A stretch of DNA of 64,000 nt from Candidatus Saccharimonadota bacterium. Lineage in GTDB: Bacteria > Patescibacteriota > Saccharimonadia > Saccharimonadales > CAIOMD01. Below, one piece after another: positions 1 through 8,540 of the stretch. Under the pieces are notes generated by a model. The model was not told the DNA's origin. It searched no databases and saw only the letters and a program-made list of their open reading frames with translations. The DNA lies in the NCBI GenBank assembly GCA_031973215.1, contig DALYDK010000001.1:38122-102121 (forward strand). The letters run 5' to 3'. Each line of letters opens with the position of its first letter. Positions within the stretch are counted from its first letter, which is position 1. The translations under genes and the position numbers were made by a program.

Positions 1-1
1 T

Positions 2-418
2 GTGTCTTGCATGTGGCTTAAAAAAGGTCAGTTGGTGCTAGAGGAAAAAAGAGGCGGTATTGTCATGAAAGATTACGACTGTCAGCAAACAGGCATTTTA
101 AATGGCATTAAGACCTCTGTCTTAATTAACGAAGGGAGCGCCAGTGCAAGCGAAATAACTGCGGGTGCTCTTAAGGACAACGGCGCCGCGACAATAGTTG
201 GTCAAAAGTCATACGGAAAAGGTAGCGTCCAGGAAATGTCTAACATGCCAGGTGGTGACATCCTAAAAGTAACAGTTGCTAGGTGGTTTACTCCTAACGG
301 CAAAAACATCGACAAAGAAGGTATTACTCCTGACGAAAAGGTAGAAATTACCGAAGAAAATGCCAAAAACAATCAAGACCCACAGCTAGATAAGGCAGTA
401 TTGGTAGTTAAGTCATAA
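2..418 (+). CDS. S41-family carboxy-terminal processing peptidase, C-terminal part (5' end outside window)
   Basis: The ORF runs off the left edge. The translation contains NEGSASASEITAGAL...GQKSYGKGSVQ, the Ser-nucleophile/Lys region typical of Ctp/Prc S41 peptidases. Confidence 0.8.
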   Translation: MSCMWLKKGQLVLEEKRGGIVMKDYDCQQTGILNGIKTSVLINEGSASASEITAGALKDNGAATIVGQKSYGKGSVQEMSNMPGGDILKVTVARWFTPNGKNIDKEGITPDEKVEITEENAKNNQDPQLDKAVLVVKS

Positions 419-476
419 GCGGGTAAAATAATTAGGCTATTGCATTATTAGGGCAATATAGACTAACATAAACATT

Positions 477-869
477 ATGGATGAACAAAATCAAGCATTA
501 AAAAAAATATTATTAGTAGAAGACGATGACGCACTAGCAGCAGTTTATGAAACTCGATTAGATGCCGAAGGATTTTCTGTAAAAAGGGTAGCCAACGGTG
601 AAGAAGCTTTGTCTACGGCCTTAGCTTACAAGCCAGATCTTATTCTTTTAGATGTAATGATGCCTAAGGTTAGTGGTTTCGATGTGCTGGATATTCTAAG
701 AAATACACCAGAAACAACTAGTATAAAAGTAGTTATGCTAACTGCCCTAAGCCAAGACTCCGACAAAGAGCGAGCGCAGTCTTTGGGCGTTGATGATTAT
801 CTGGTAAAAAGCCAGGTTGTTATTGCAGATGTTGTTGAGCGAATCAAGCATCACCTTGGAATCAGCTAA
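477..869 (+). CDS. Stand-alone CheY-like response regulator receiver
   Basis: 130 aa. It has the LLVEDDD acidic pocket, the DLILLDVMMP phospho-acceptor Asp, and the LTALS and YLVKS positions. There is no output domain. It is about 60% identical by eye to the receiver of 47272..48708. Confidence 0.85.
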   Translation: MDEQNQALKKILLVEDDDALAAVYETRLDAEGFSVKRVANGEEALSTALAYKPDLILLDVMMPKVSGFDVLDILRNTPETTSIKVVMLTALSQDSDKERAQSLGVDDYLVKSQVVIADVVERIKHHLGIS

Positions 870-887
870 AAATTATATACTAAATAT

Positions 888-1409
888 TTACTTGCTGTTT
901 AAATAATTCCTATAATTATTGCCATAAGTAGTTAATGCAAAAATACCTTGGGGCAGTAGGGCAGCCCTGCCAAGTCTTACTTGTAGCATTGCAAACTCTG
1001 GTCCGTTAGTGTTTTCTCTTAAGCGGGGCTCTTTGGATATATCGTTTAGAAACTCTATGGTTTTATCGCTACCGCGCGGGTCGTCAAATTTTTCTTCTGT
1101 TGGCATACACTTTTCTAATGCAAGTTGAGTTGGTCTTTTTATGGTATCTTTTTCAATAAGCCCCAATGTCATAAGCTGATCGGCAACTATTTCTGGACCC
1201 GAAACTGACTCGTTACCAATGTAGTCTTTTGAGGGCCTTAGTTCCTTGGGTGTATCTAGGTCATCTAGGATTCTAGATACCATACTATTCCAGGTTCTTG
1301 ACCCTATGACATCACCAATATGTAGTTGTTTTTTAAATTCATAGCACAATTCAGTCGCCTTAATTACGGCAAAATGACTATCTTTGAATTCTTTCATTAA
1401 AACCTCCAT
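888..1409 (-). CDS. Hypothetical protein (173 aa)
   Basis: Uninterrupted ORF with no competing ORF. I recognised no motif. Confidence 0.5.
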   Translation of the reverse strand: MEVLMKEFKDSHFAVIKATELCYEFKKQLHIGDVIGSRTWNSMVSRILDDLDTPKELRPSKDYIGNESVSGPEIVADQLMTLGLIEKDTIKRPTQLALEKCMPTEEKFDDPRGSDKTIEFLNDISKEPRLRENTNGPEFAMLQVRLGRAALLPQGIFALTTYGNNYRNYLNSK

Positions 1410-1480
1410 ATAGTTATTTCCATATATAGACTACATTAATGAACCATTTAATGCTAACTTATCTAATAATTGAGTAATTC

Positions 1481-1514
1481 AAAAAAACCACTCTTGTTTT
1501 AGAGTGGTTTTTTA
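1481..1514 (-). terminator. Rho-independent terminator downstream of rpmA
   Basis: The plus strand reads AAAAAAACCACTCT-tgtttt-AGAGTGGTTTTTT. On the minus strand this is a hairpin followed by a U-run, 17 nt after the rpmA stop. Confidence 0.7.
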
Positions 1515-1530
1515 TATGTTCTAATTGGTT

Positions 1531-1803
1531 TTATTCTACAACTACTTCGGTGCGGTTGACTGTTTTGCCGGTATAGCGCTTTATTGCTCTTTGCTTAAAT
1601 GCGACGACTCCGTCTTTTGCGGCATGAATTGTAAAGTTGCGGCTCATGAACGTACCTTCTCCAGGAACTTTTGTTTTGCCAATTTGTCTGACAATTACTT
1701 GACCGGTTTTAACTTTTTGGCCGCCAAATTTTTTAACTCCAAGACGTTGACCGGGACTATCGTGGACATTCTTACTGGAACCGCCTGCTTTGACATGTGA
1801 CAT
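1531..1803 (-). CDS. rpmA: 50S ribosomal protein L27
   Basis: 90 aa. MSHVKAGGSSKNVHDSPGQRLGVKKFGGQ... matches the conserved L27 N-terminus (AHKKAGGS..N.RDS.G.RLGVK). Confidence 0.95.
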   Translation of the reverse strand: MSHVKAGGSSKNVHDSPGQRLGVKKFGGQKVKTGQVIVRQIGKTKVPGEGTFMSRNFTIHAAKDGVVAFKQRAIKRYTGKTVNRTEVVVE

Positions 1804-1821
1804 GTGTGGTAATACTCCTTA

Positions 1822-3012
1822 TTATGACTTTTCTAATACAACTAGTTCTCTACCTACAAATTGGTTGTCTCTAATGTAGATTAAATCAGCTTGAGAGGCG
1901 AGCTTAAAATCTATACGATTGTACCCGATTTTTGCCAGAAGGTCAAGGGTAGGGAGGCTGGCAAACCCATTTTTAACACGCCAAGCAGGTACGGCTAAGC
2001 AAAGTCTTGTGCCTGGTTTAATTTGGCCGCCAAGGTTTTGAAGCATTTTTTTATGCAAAACATTAGTTTCTTCAAGTAATTTTTGTAGCTTTTCTTGGTT
2101 TGGCATCATAGAAATAGGACTGCCAAGGTATGTCTCACAAGCTACCAAAGAAATCTCTTTTTCCCAAGTATGAGTTGTAGCATCGCCAAGTTCTATTCTG
2201 GTATATTGGTTGGTTCTTCGGGGGTGCTTCTGTTTAAGCCATGCAATATTTTCAATTGAATAATCGACCATTTTAGAACTAATGTCAGATCCGTAAACGC
2301 TATATCCCATAAGTAGCGCTTCTTGTAGCACAACTCCTGTTCCGCAAAAAGGGTCAAGAAGTGTTAGTGAATCTTTGTCTTGATCTCGCTGTTTCCCAGA
2401 AGCTAAATTAATTATTGTTTGAGCCAGTTTTGGAGGTAGCATGCCAACAAATGCATCTCTTTTTGGCCTGGCTTGGTCTCTGGCAGTGTAGCCAGATATA
2501 TCTTGTTCGTAGGTAGTTGTACCTATTAAAACCTTCGGCCCAAAACCGTAAACGACAACTTCAATACCTGATCTGCCATCGAGTTTATTGTTGATTATTT
2601 GGGCTGTAGATAAGCGGCCATTCGAAGACTGAACAAGTCTTGGGGCTAGGTTTTTCTTTTGAAGTTTGCGCTTTATTTTTATGCCTAGTGCAGTGACATC
2701 ACCAGGTTTTACAGATATTCCGTAGACACTTATTCCAAAATTAATTTTTCTGCTTTTTTTGGTAGCCAATTCTTCTGACATTGCTTCATAAATTGTATTT
2801 TCTAAAGACTGCCAATTAGAGTACGAAATAATTGCGCTAACTTTGCCAACTTTTATAACACTACCCAAATTTCTGGCTTCTAAGTAATTTATCTCCCTAT
2901 TAATAACCCCTAGGGAGCTGTCTAATTTATTAACCGAATTGGCTCCGAACAGACTTTCAAGTTCGGCAAATCCTATAGCTGGTTGGCGTCCTAATATTGC
3001 AAATGATTTCAT
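1822..3012 (-). CDS. Putative SAM-dependent RNA methyltransferase (Trm11/UPF0020-like)
   Basis: 396 aa. It carries the SAM-binding motif LDPFCGTGVVLQEA followed by YGSDIS, with an N-terminal domain of THUMP-like size. Confidence 0.6.
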   Translation of the reverse strand: MKSFAILGRQPAIGFAELESLFGANSVNKLDSSLGVINREINYLEARNLGSVIKVGKVSAIISYSNWQSLENTIYEAMSEELATKKSRKINFGISVYGISVKPGDVTALGIKIKRKLQKKNLAPRLVQSSNGRLSTAQIINNKLDGRSGIEVVVYGFGPKVLIGTTTYEQDISGYTARDQARPKRDAFVGMLPPKLAQTIINLASGKQRDQDKDSLTLLDPFCGTGVVLQEALLMGYSVYGSDISSKMVDYSIENIAWLKQKHPRRTNQYTRIELGDATTHTWEKEISLVACETYLGSPISMMPNQEKLQKLLEETNVLHKKMLQNLGGQIKPGTRLCLAVPAWRVKNGFASLPTLDLLAKIGYNRIDFKLASQADLIYIRDNQFVGRELVVLEKS

Positions 3013-3052
3013 TTAACCTAATTATATCTTACTTGGGGTATAATTAGGTCGT

Positions 3053-4117
3053 ATGTTCTCTAAAAAAGCAAGAATAATTATAAATGTCATTACCATTGCG
3101 GCCTTGGCCGTACTTTTATATTTCTCGTGGGATGATATAACTAGGGGTCTAGAAGAAATTGGCGGAGCAGACTGGTCGATACTACTGTTGATGATTCCTC
3201 TGCAGATTATTAATTTCTATTCAGTGGGAATGCTTTATAAAGATTACTTTAAAGCAACTGGTCAACCTAAAGTTCCATCAAGGTGGCAGTTTTTCAAAAT
3301 TGCGCTTGAGCTCAATTTTGTCAATCATGTCTTTCCCAGCGGGGGTGTCGCCGGATTTTCGTACTTAGGCGTCAGACTCAAGGAAATGGGAATTCCCGTT
3401 GCCAGAACCACGCTTGCCCAAGTTATGCGTTTTGCCCTTACATTTATTAGCTTTTTAGCGCTACTCTTTTTTGGCTTATTCCTGCTTAGTTTTGACCAAA
3501 GGGCAGGTGGTGTCACTTTGTTTATTGCTTTATCGATTGCTTTTTTAACATTATTTGGTTCGGCTATAGGTGTATATATCATCAGCGACAATAAACGCAT
3601 TCAGGCATTTACCGGATTTCTGCCTAAGCTTGTTAATACAGTGTTCAGGCCATTTACCAGAAATAAAGAATTAATAAATATTTCTAAAGTAGAGAAACTA
3701 TTCGGAGATTTGCATCAAGATTATGACAAAATATCCAAACAAAGAAGTAAGCTAAAAAAGCCACTTATTTGGTCACTCCTAATTAACATCAGTGAAGTTG
3801 CGACAATTTATGTAGCATATTTAGCTCTAGGCCAGACAATTAATCCAGGAGCAGTAATTCTGGCATATTCGGTTGCCAGTTTTGCCGGTCTGGTATCTGT
3901 ATTGCCGGGTGGAATAGGAATTTATGAAGCGCTAATGACTGCAACTCTTGCTAGCGCCGGAGTTCCCAGCGCCTTGGCTTTATCTGCCACTTTAATTTAT
4001 CGAATATTTACAATAATTATATTTATACCTCTGGGTTTTGTTTTATACCAAATAGCAATTAGAAAGGGTGAGGCCGTAAAAGTTGAACGACCAAAAGCAA
4101 ATATTCAGTCCAACTGA
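3053..4117 (+). CDS. Flippase-like membrane protein (LPG-synthase TM domain / UPF0104 family)
   Basis: 354 aa and multi-TM. The C-terminal LPGGIGIYEALMTATLASAGV...LIYRIF motif is typical of this family. A paralog lies at 16277..17203. Confidence 0.7.
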   Translation: MFSKKARIIINVITIAALAVLLYFSWDDITRGLEEIGGADWSILLLMIPLQIINFYSVGMLYKDYFKATGQPKVPSRWQFFKIALELNFVNHVFPSGGVAGFSYLGVRLKEMGIPVARTTLAQVMRFALTFISFLALLFFGLFLLSFDQRAGGVTLFIALSIAFLTLFGSAIGVYIISDNKRIQAFTGFLPKLVNTVFRPFTRNKELINISKVEKLFGDLHQDYDKISKQRSKLKKPLIWSLLINISEVATIYVAYLALGQTINPGAVILAYSVASFAGLVSVLPGGIGIYEALMTATLASAGVPSALALSATLIYRIFTIIIFIPLGFVLYQIAIRKGEAVKVERPKANIQSN

Positions 4118-5213
4118 TTTTATTGCAATTACCAATCAAATTTTTGATACAGCTTTTGGATTTGCCTACCTAGAGGGTGAGGTTGCAAACTTTCGAATAA
4201 GTAAAAATAAGTGGGTATATTTTGATTTAAAAGATGAGTTCAGTAAGGTTCAGTGTTTTGGAAGTGTGTATTACTTACCAGGTCCTATAGAGGAGGGGAT
4301 GAAGATAGTGGTTGGCGGAAGACCAAGTCTTCATAACCAATTTGGGTTTAGTTTTAATTTTCAATCTATTACTCCTAGCGGAGAAGGTAGTATAAAAAAA
4401 GCCTTCGATTTACTGAAAGCAAAGCTTCAAAAAGAAGGCCTTTTTGATAGTGATAGAAAAAGGGTATTGCCTTATCCTCCAATGAAAATTGCTCTAGTTA
4501 CGTCGTTGGAGTCAGCGGCTTACGCCGACTTTATTAAAGTATTAAGTAGCCGATGGCCTTTTATTACTGTCGAGGTATTCGATTCACTAGTTCAAGGAGA
4601 GCAGGCTCCAGCTCAAATTTCAGCATCAATTTTAGCTAGCAACCAACAGGCAGAACTAGCCGATATTTTAGTAGTAACAAGAGGTGGTGGTTCCGCAGAC
4701 GATTTATCGGCATTTAACGACGAACGGGTAGTGCGAGCGATTGCTTCTAGCAGAATTCCGACATTAGTTGCAATTGGGCATGAAATTGACGAGTCTTTGT
4801 CTGAACTTGCATCCGACATGCGGGCAAGTACACCAAGCAATGCCGCTGAGTTAATTGCCCCGGACAGACGCAGTGAACTCAAATTTGTTAAGTCACTAGA
4901 AGACAATATTATTAACTACTATAAGCAAAATATAGACATTGCAAAAAATTACTTGCTTACTAGCAGGTCAAGTATGTTGCATAAATTTCAAGAATTAATT
5001 TTCACTGAAAAAAATAAAATAAACTCATCTTTATTACTCTTAAACTCTTTGAATCCAAGAGAAATATTAAAAAAGGGCTATTCAGTTGTTTATAGTAACA
5101 ATCAGTTTACCGGTAGGGCTCATAATATTAAGCTTAAAGATACTTTGCTAATTAAATTTTACGATGGCGAGGTTGTTGCCGAAGTAAAGGAGGTAAAAAA
5201 TGACGAACTTTAA
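4083..5213 (+). CDS. xseA: Exodeoxyribonuclease VII large subunit
   Basis: 376 aa with a TTG start. It has an OB-fold N-terminus (EGEVANFRISKNKWVYFDLKDE..VQCF) and the VTRGGGSADDL and ASTPSNAAEL motifs. It is followed by xseB. Confidence 0.9.
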   Translation: MNDQKQIFSPTDFIAITNQIFDTAFGFAYLEGEVANFRISKNKWVYFDLKDEFSKVQCFGSVYYLPGPIEEGMKIVVGGRPSLHNQFGFSFNFQSITPSGEGSIKKAFDLLKAKLQKEGLFDSDRKRVLPYPPMKIALVTSLESAAYADFIKVLSSRWPFITVEVFDSLVQGEQAPAQISASILASNQQAELADILVVTRGGGSADDLSAFNDERVVRAIASSRIPTLVAIGHEIDESLSELASDMRASTPSNAAELIAPDRRSELKFVKSLEDNIINYYKQNIDIAKNYLLTSRSSMLHKFQELIFTEKNKINSSLLLLNSLNPREILKKGYSVVYSNNQFTGRAHNIKLKDTLLIKFYDGEVVAEVKEVKNDEL

Positions 5214-5385
5214 CTACAAACAGGCAAGGCAAGATTTAGACAAAATTTTAGAATGGTTTGAAGATCCAAACATAGATTTTGAAGAAGCCGATGCAAAATA
5301 CCAAGAAGCTAAAAAAATTATTAGCGACATAGAGAAGTACCTTAGTAAAAAAGAGGCAGAGCTAAAAGTCGAAATTAAGAAGTGA
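5200..5385 (+). CDS. xseB: Exodeoxyribonuclease VII small subunit
   Basis: 61 aa helical protein that overlaps the xseA stop. It has an AAGGAGG Shine-Dalgarno sequence upstream. Size and position are typical of XseB. Confidence 0.85.
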   Translation: MTNFNYKQARQDLDKILEWFEDPNIDFEEADAKYQEAKKIISDIEKYLSKKEAELKVEIKK

Positions 5386-5867
5386 TTATTCTTTTAATAA
5401 TTCTATTTATAATTTTATGCTTCGGCTTTGTGCTGATATTTGGCGCTCCATATTTACCAACTATGAAAACACAACAGAATCAAGCGCTTGATTTATTAGA
5501 CCTAAAGCCGGGTCAAACTTTACTAGAGCTAGGGTCAGGTGACGGTAGACTGTTAATAACTGCCGCAAAACGGGGCATCAACTGTGTAGGTTATGAGCTT
5601 AATCCTATTTTATTCATTGTTTCTAAGGCTTTGTGCTTCAAATACAGAAAATTAATTAAGATCTATTATGGAAATTTTTGGCACAAAAAATGGCCCCCAG
5701 CAGATGGTATTTTTGTATTTTTGCATCCAAGGTTTATGAAAAAGCTCGACCAATATATAACCAAACAATATCCTCACCAAAAAGTTAAATTAGTCAGCTA
5801 CGCCTTCAAAATCCCCGGCAAAAAGCCAGCCAAAACACAATCTGCAATTTTTTTGTATTATTACTAA
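5382..5867 (+). CDS. Class I SAM-dependent methyltransferase with N-terminal TM helix
   Basis: 161 aa with a GTG start overlapping the xseB stop. It carries the LLELGSGDGRLL glycine-rich SAM motif. Confidence 0.7.
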   Translation: MIILLIILFIILCFGFVLIFGAPYLPTMKTQQNQALDLLDLKPGQTLLELGSGDGRLLITAAKRGINCVGYELNPILFIVSKALCFKYRKLIKIYYGNFWHKKWPPADGIFVFLHPRFMKKLDQYITKQYPHQKVKLVSYAFKIPGKKPAKTQSAIFLYYY

Positions 5868-5943
5868 GTAATTTGCTGCTTAATTTTTAGCTTAGGTAAA
5901 TTCAAAAATCTAGCATCTAACTTCTAATTCTGTTAGCATAAGA

Positions 5944-6723
5944 ATGATGCAACCAAATCAACAAAACCCAAACAATAACCAACTTTACCCACCTAGTCCG
6001 TATGTAAATGGTCAATTCCCGGGTAACCCAATGGGCACAGGCACACTGGCTCCGCCTCCTCCGCCGGTAAATTCAAAGCCATCTGTTGGTCTTGTGGTTA
6101 CAATTGTTATTTTAACTTTGCTTTTCTTGTTATCGGCCGTTTTAGCTGGTGTATTTTTTGTGCAAATGCAGGATTATAAAAATAATTCAGACCAAAAATC
6201 AGCTGAAGCTGTAGTACTAGCCAAGGAACAGCAAAAAAAGGAACTCGAGCAAGTTTTTGCAGAGCAGGCCAAAGAGCCACTCGTAAACTACACATCACCT
6301 GCAGATCTTGGCAGTGTAGTTGTAGCTTATCCAAAAACATGGAGCGCTTATATAAATGAAAAGGGATCTACTCAGCCTTTAGACGCTTACTTTCATCCTA
6401 ACTATGTTCCCTCTAGTAGCGGAGGCTCGAATGAATCATTTAATTATGCGCTTAGGGCTCAGATTTTACAGCAAAACTACCAAACTGTAGCCGATGAATA
6501 TAAAGACGAAATTAAGGCGGGTAAGGTAACCGTTACTCCGCTAACAGGTTTGCCTGCTGGTGGTACGGGAATAAGAGTAGACGGCGAAATAGCAACGAAA
6601 AAGAACGGATCTTTAATTATTATTCCTGTAAGAGACAAGGTTCTAAAGGTTTGGACAGAAGGCGATCAATTCAAAAATGACTTTAATAATTTTGTGCTAA
6701 AGAATCTTAAATACAACCCGTAA
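5944..6723 (+). CDS. Membrane-anchored protein with Pro/Gln/Asn-rich N-terminus
   Basis: 259 aa. It has a low-complexity N-terminus, a single TM segment (VGLVVTIVILTLLFLLSAVLAGVFFV) and then a ~170-aa extracytoplasmic domain. Confidence 0.55.
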   Translation: MMQPNQQNPNNNQLYPPSPYVNGQFPGNPMGTGTLAPPPPPVNSKPSVGLVVTIVILTLLFLLSAVLAGVFFVQMQDYKNNSDQKSAEAVVLAKEQQKKELEQVFAEQAKEPLVNYTSPADLGSVVVAYPKTWSAYINEKGSTQPLDAYFHPNYVPSSSGGSNESFNYALRAQILQQNYQTVADEYKDEIKAGKVTVTPLTGLPAGGTGIRVDGEIATKKNGSLIIIPVRDKVLKVWTEGDQFKNDFNNFVLKNLKYNP

Positions 6724-6782
6724 GTTTAATGTTATAATAATACTATTAAGGGTTAATAAAAACTTGGGGTCAAGTATCTAAG

Positions 6783-7448
6783 GTGTCTAAATTTTCTAAA
6801 CAGTATAAAAACTCACTTCTCTTTGATTTTCAGGAAAAATTTATTCAAATTAAAACATTGGCCGAAGCAGGTGTCTCGGGCGATGAAATAAGTAGAATAA
6901 GTAGCGAGGCCTTGTCGACGCTTAACTATGTTTTGTTTGCTAATCATTATGCACAAACTCAGCTAGAACTAACTAGTGTTTCGGCGGCAGGGGCTGCAAA
7001 AAGTGCACTTTTCGATATAGGCAACATTACAAAAAATTTACCTGTTGATATTTGTTTCGAGACTAGCCAAACACTAGACTTAGTTTATTCAAATTCAACC
7101 GCAATAAGAGGCATTGTTTTTGGCTTAGCAACTGGCTGCCTTAACATGTTAGAGCCTGGGAAAAGAGCAAAATTAGTTGTTTCTGTTCAGCAAACCAATA
7201 TTAATACTCAACGGGTTGGAATATTTTCAAACGATATTGACCTTAGGGCTTCAGAAATAAGAAAATCAGATACTTTCAAAGAAAATCTAATGGTTGCCCC
7301 TGAGCTAAGCGCAAACTCTGGTGTTGGTTTTTATATATCTAACGAACTTTCAAAAATGATAGACTCTAAAATTCAACAATTTAACCATCGCAGTTTGCCC
7401 GGTGTTGGTTTTTACGTTCCTTTAAGTAACCAGCTTCAGTTAGTATAA
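6783..7448 (+). CDS. Hypothetical protein with degenerate histidine-kinase-like ATPase C-terminus
   Basis: 221 aa with a GTG start. C-terminal SGVGFYISNELSKMI...PGVGFYVPL resembles the G2 box and lid of HATPase_c. I recognised no H-box. Confidence 0.45.
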   Translation: MSKFSKQYKNSLLFDFQEKFIQIKTLAEAGVSGDEISRISSEALSTLNYVLFANHYAQTQLELTSVSAAGAAKSALFDIGNITKNLPVDICFETSQTLDLVYSNSTAIRGIVFGLATGCLNMLEPGKRAKLVVSVQQTNINTQRVGIFSNDIDLRASEIRKSDTFKENLMVAPELSANSGVGFYISNELSKMIDSKIQQFNHRSLPGVGFYVPLSNQLQLV

Positions 7449-7452
7449 ATAT

Positions 7453-7845
7453 ATGCGCTGTCTAATAGTTGAACCAGATAAGGTTTTGGCTCCTGTTTAT
7501 TACAATCAATTTAAGCAGGCGGGCCTAGAGGTAAATATTGCTGTAGATGCTTCAGATGCGGTTGCAAAAATAGATGATAACGTTCCAGATATTATTATTT
7601 TAGAGCCAAAGCTAGCAAAGCATAGCGGTATAGAATTAATTCATGAAGTTCGATCTTACGAAGATTGGAACTCAGTTAAAATTGTCGTTTACAGCTCTGT
7701 GCCTCAATATGCTTTTGGGGCTAGCGAGGCAGTTTGGCAAAAATATGGAGTCCTCAGGTATTTAGAAAAGTCGAAAACTTCTGTAAGCCAGTTAATAGGA
7801 ATTGTCAAAACATTATTGGAGCAAAATGAAAATAATAGTAGATAA
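7453..7845 (+). CDS. Receiver-like (pseudo-receiver) domain protein
   Basis: 130 aa with a CheY-like pattern. The acidic pocket reads LIVEPD, and the phospho-acceptor position reads DIIILEPKL, so Glu replaces Asp. The conserved SS and K (YLEKS) positions are retained. Confidence 0.65.
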   Translation: MRCLIVEPDKVLAPVYYNQFKQAGLEVNIAVDASDAVAKIDDNVPDIIILEPKLAKHSGIELIHEVRSYEDWNSVKIVVYSSVPQYAFGASEAVWQKYGVLRYLEKSKTSVSQLIGIVKTLLEQNENNSR

Positions 7846-8518
7846 GGCAATTGTCTTAAGAAGAGTAAATTATGGCGAGGCCGACCGTATTGTTTCTGTC
7901 TTAACATCTAGCAGCGGCAGGGTTTCGGTACTTGCCAAAGGAGTACGAAAGCCAAAAAGTAAGCTAGCCGCAGGCATAGAGCCTTTTTGCATTAACGAAA
8001 TATGCTTTGCTCCAGGTAGGGGCGAAATTGCAACCCTCACTAGCTCAAGGATCTTAAAGAATCATACGCAATTTATTAATAGTTTAAAAAAGCTAGAGCT
8101 TGCCAATAAAATTCTAAAAAATCTTGACACTCACCTTGAAGAGAATAGTTCAGAAAACTATTTTAATCTTCTTGAAGCTGCAATAGAACAAATAAATATG
8201 GTAGATTCTGCGGATTTAATTGAGTTATGGTGGTTAGTCAATTTACTCAAAATTTCTGGAAACGATATAAATACAATTAGCCAGACAGATGGCCAACCTT
8301 TCAGCGAAAATATACTTTACAATCTAAATATAGATAAAGGGGGATTTATCGCTTCGGAAAGCGGATTAATTGAAGCAGGTGCAGTTAAAATTATCAAGCT
8401 TGCCAAAAACAACCCACCAAGCAAATTAATTCTACTAAAAAATTATCAGTCTTTTTGCGATTCTGTTTTGCCTCATATTAGAAGCTTCTATCGTTTTCAT
8501 ACAAGCGGCAACTACTAA
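7826..8518 (+). CDS. recO: DNA repair protein RecO
   Basis: IVDKAIVLRRVNYGEADRIVSVLTSSSGRVSVLAKGVRKPKSKL is the typical RecO OB-fold N-terminus. I chose the ATG at 7826, which has a GGAG 5 nt upstream, over the TTG at 7802. Confidence 0.85.
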   Translation: MKIIVDKAIVLRRVNYGEADRIVSVLTSSSGRVSVLAKGVRKPKSKLAAGIEPFCINEICFAPGRGEIATLTSSRILKNHTQFINSLKKLELANKILKNLDTHLEENSSENYFNLLEAAIEQINMVDSADLIELWWLVNLLKISGNDINTISQTDGQPFSENILYNLNIDKGGFIASESGLIEAGAVKIIKLAKNNPPSKLILLKNYQSFCDSVLPHIRSFYRFHTSGNY

Positions 8519-8540
8519 AAACTGATATAATCGAATAATT

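Noticed and set aside
1525-1800. 91-aa plus-strand ORF antisense to rpmA. There are many similar antisense ORFs in the track, for example 3325..3600, 4613..4906, 8726..9001, 24064..24444, 28633..28932, 37107..37424, 47831..48118, 49718..50107 and 62454..63113.
   Set aside because: Each lies entirely inside a longer ORF on the opposite strand that has a clear family assignment. They have odd amino-acid composition and no RBS, so they are shadow ORFs.
7802-7825. Longer TTG start for recO. Similarly, longer starts for dprA (43581), yvcK (23660), the 17140 ORF and the 9999..10355 ORF.
   Set aside because: Downstream ATG codons have better context (an SD sequence or an immediately preceding stop or promoter). 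The extensions add non-conserved residues or run through promoters.
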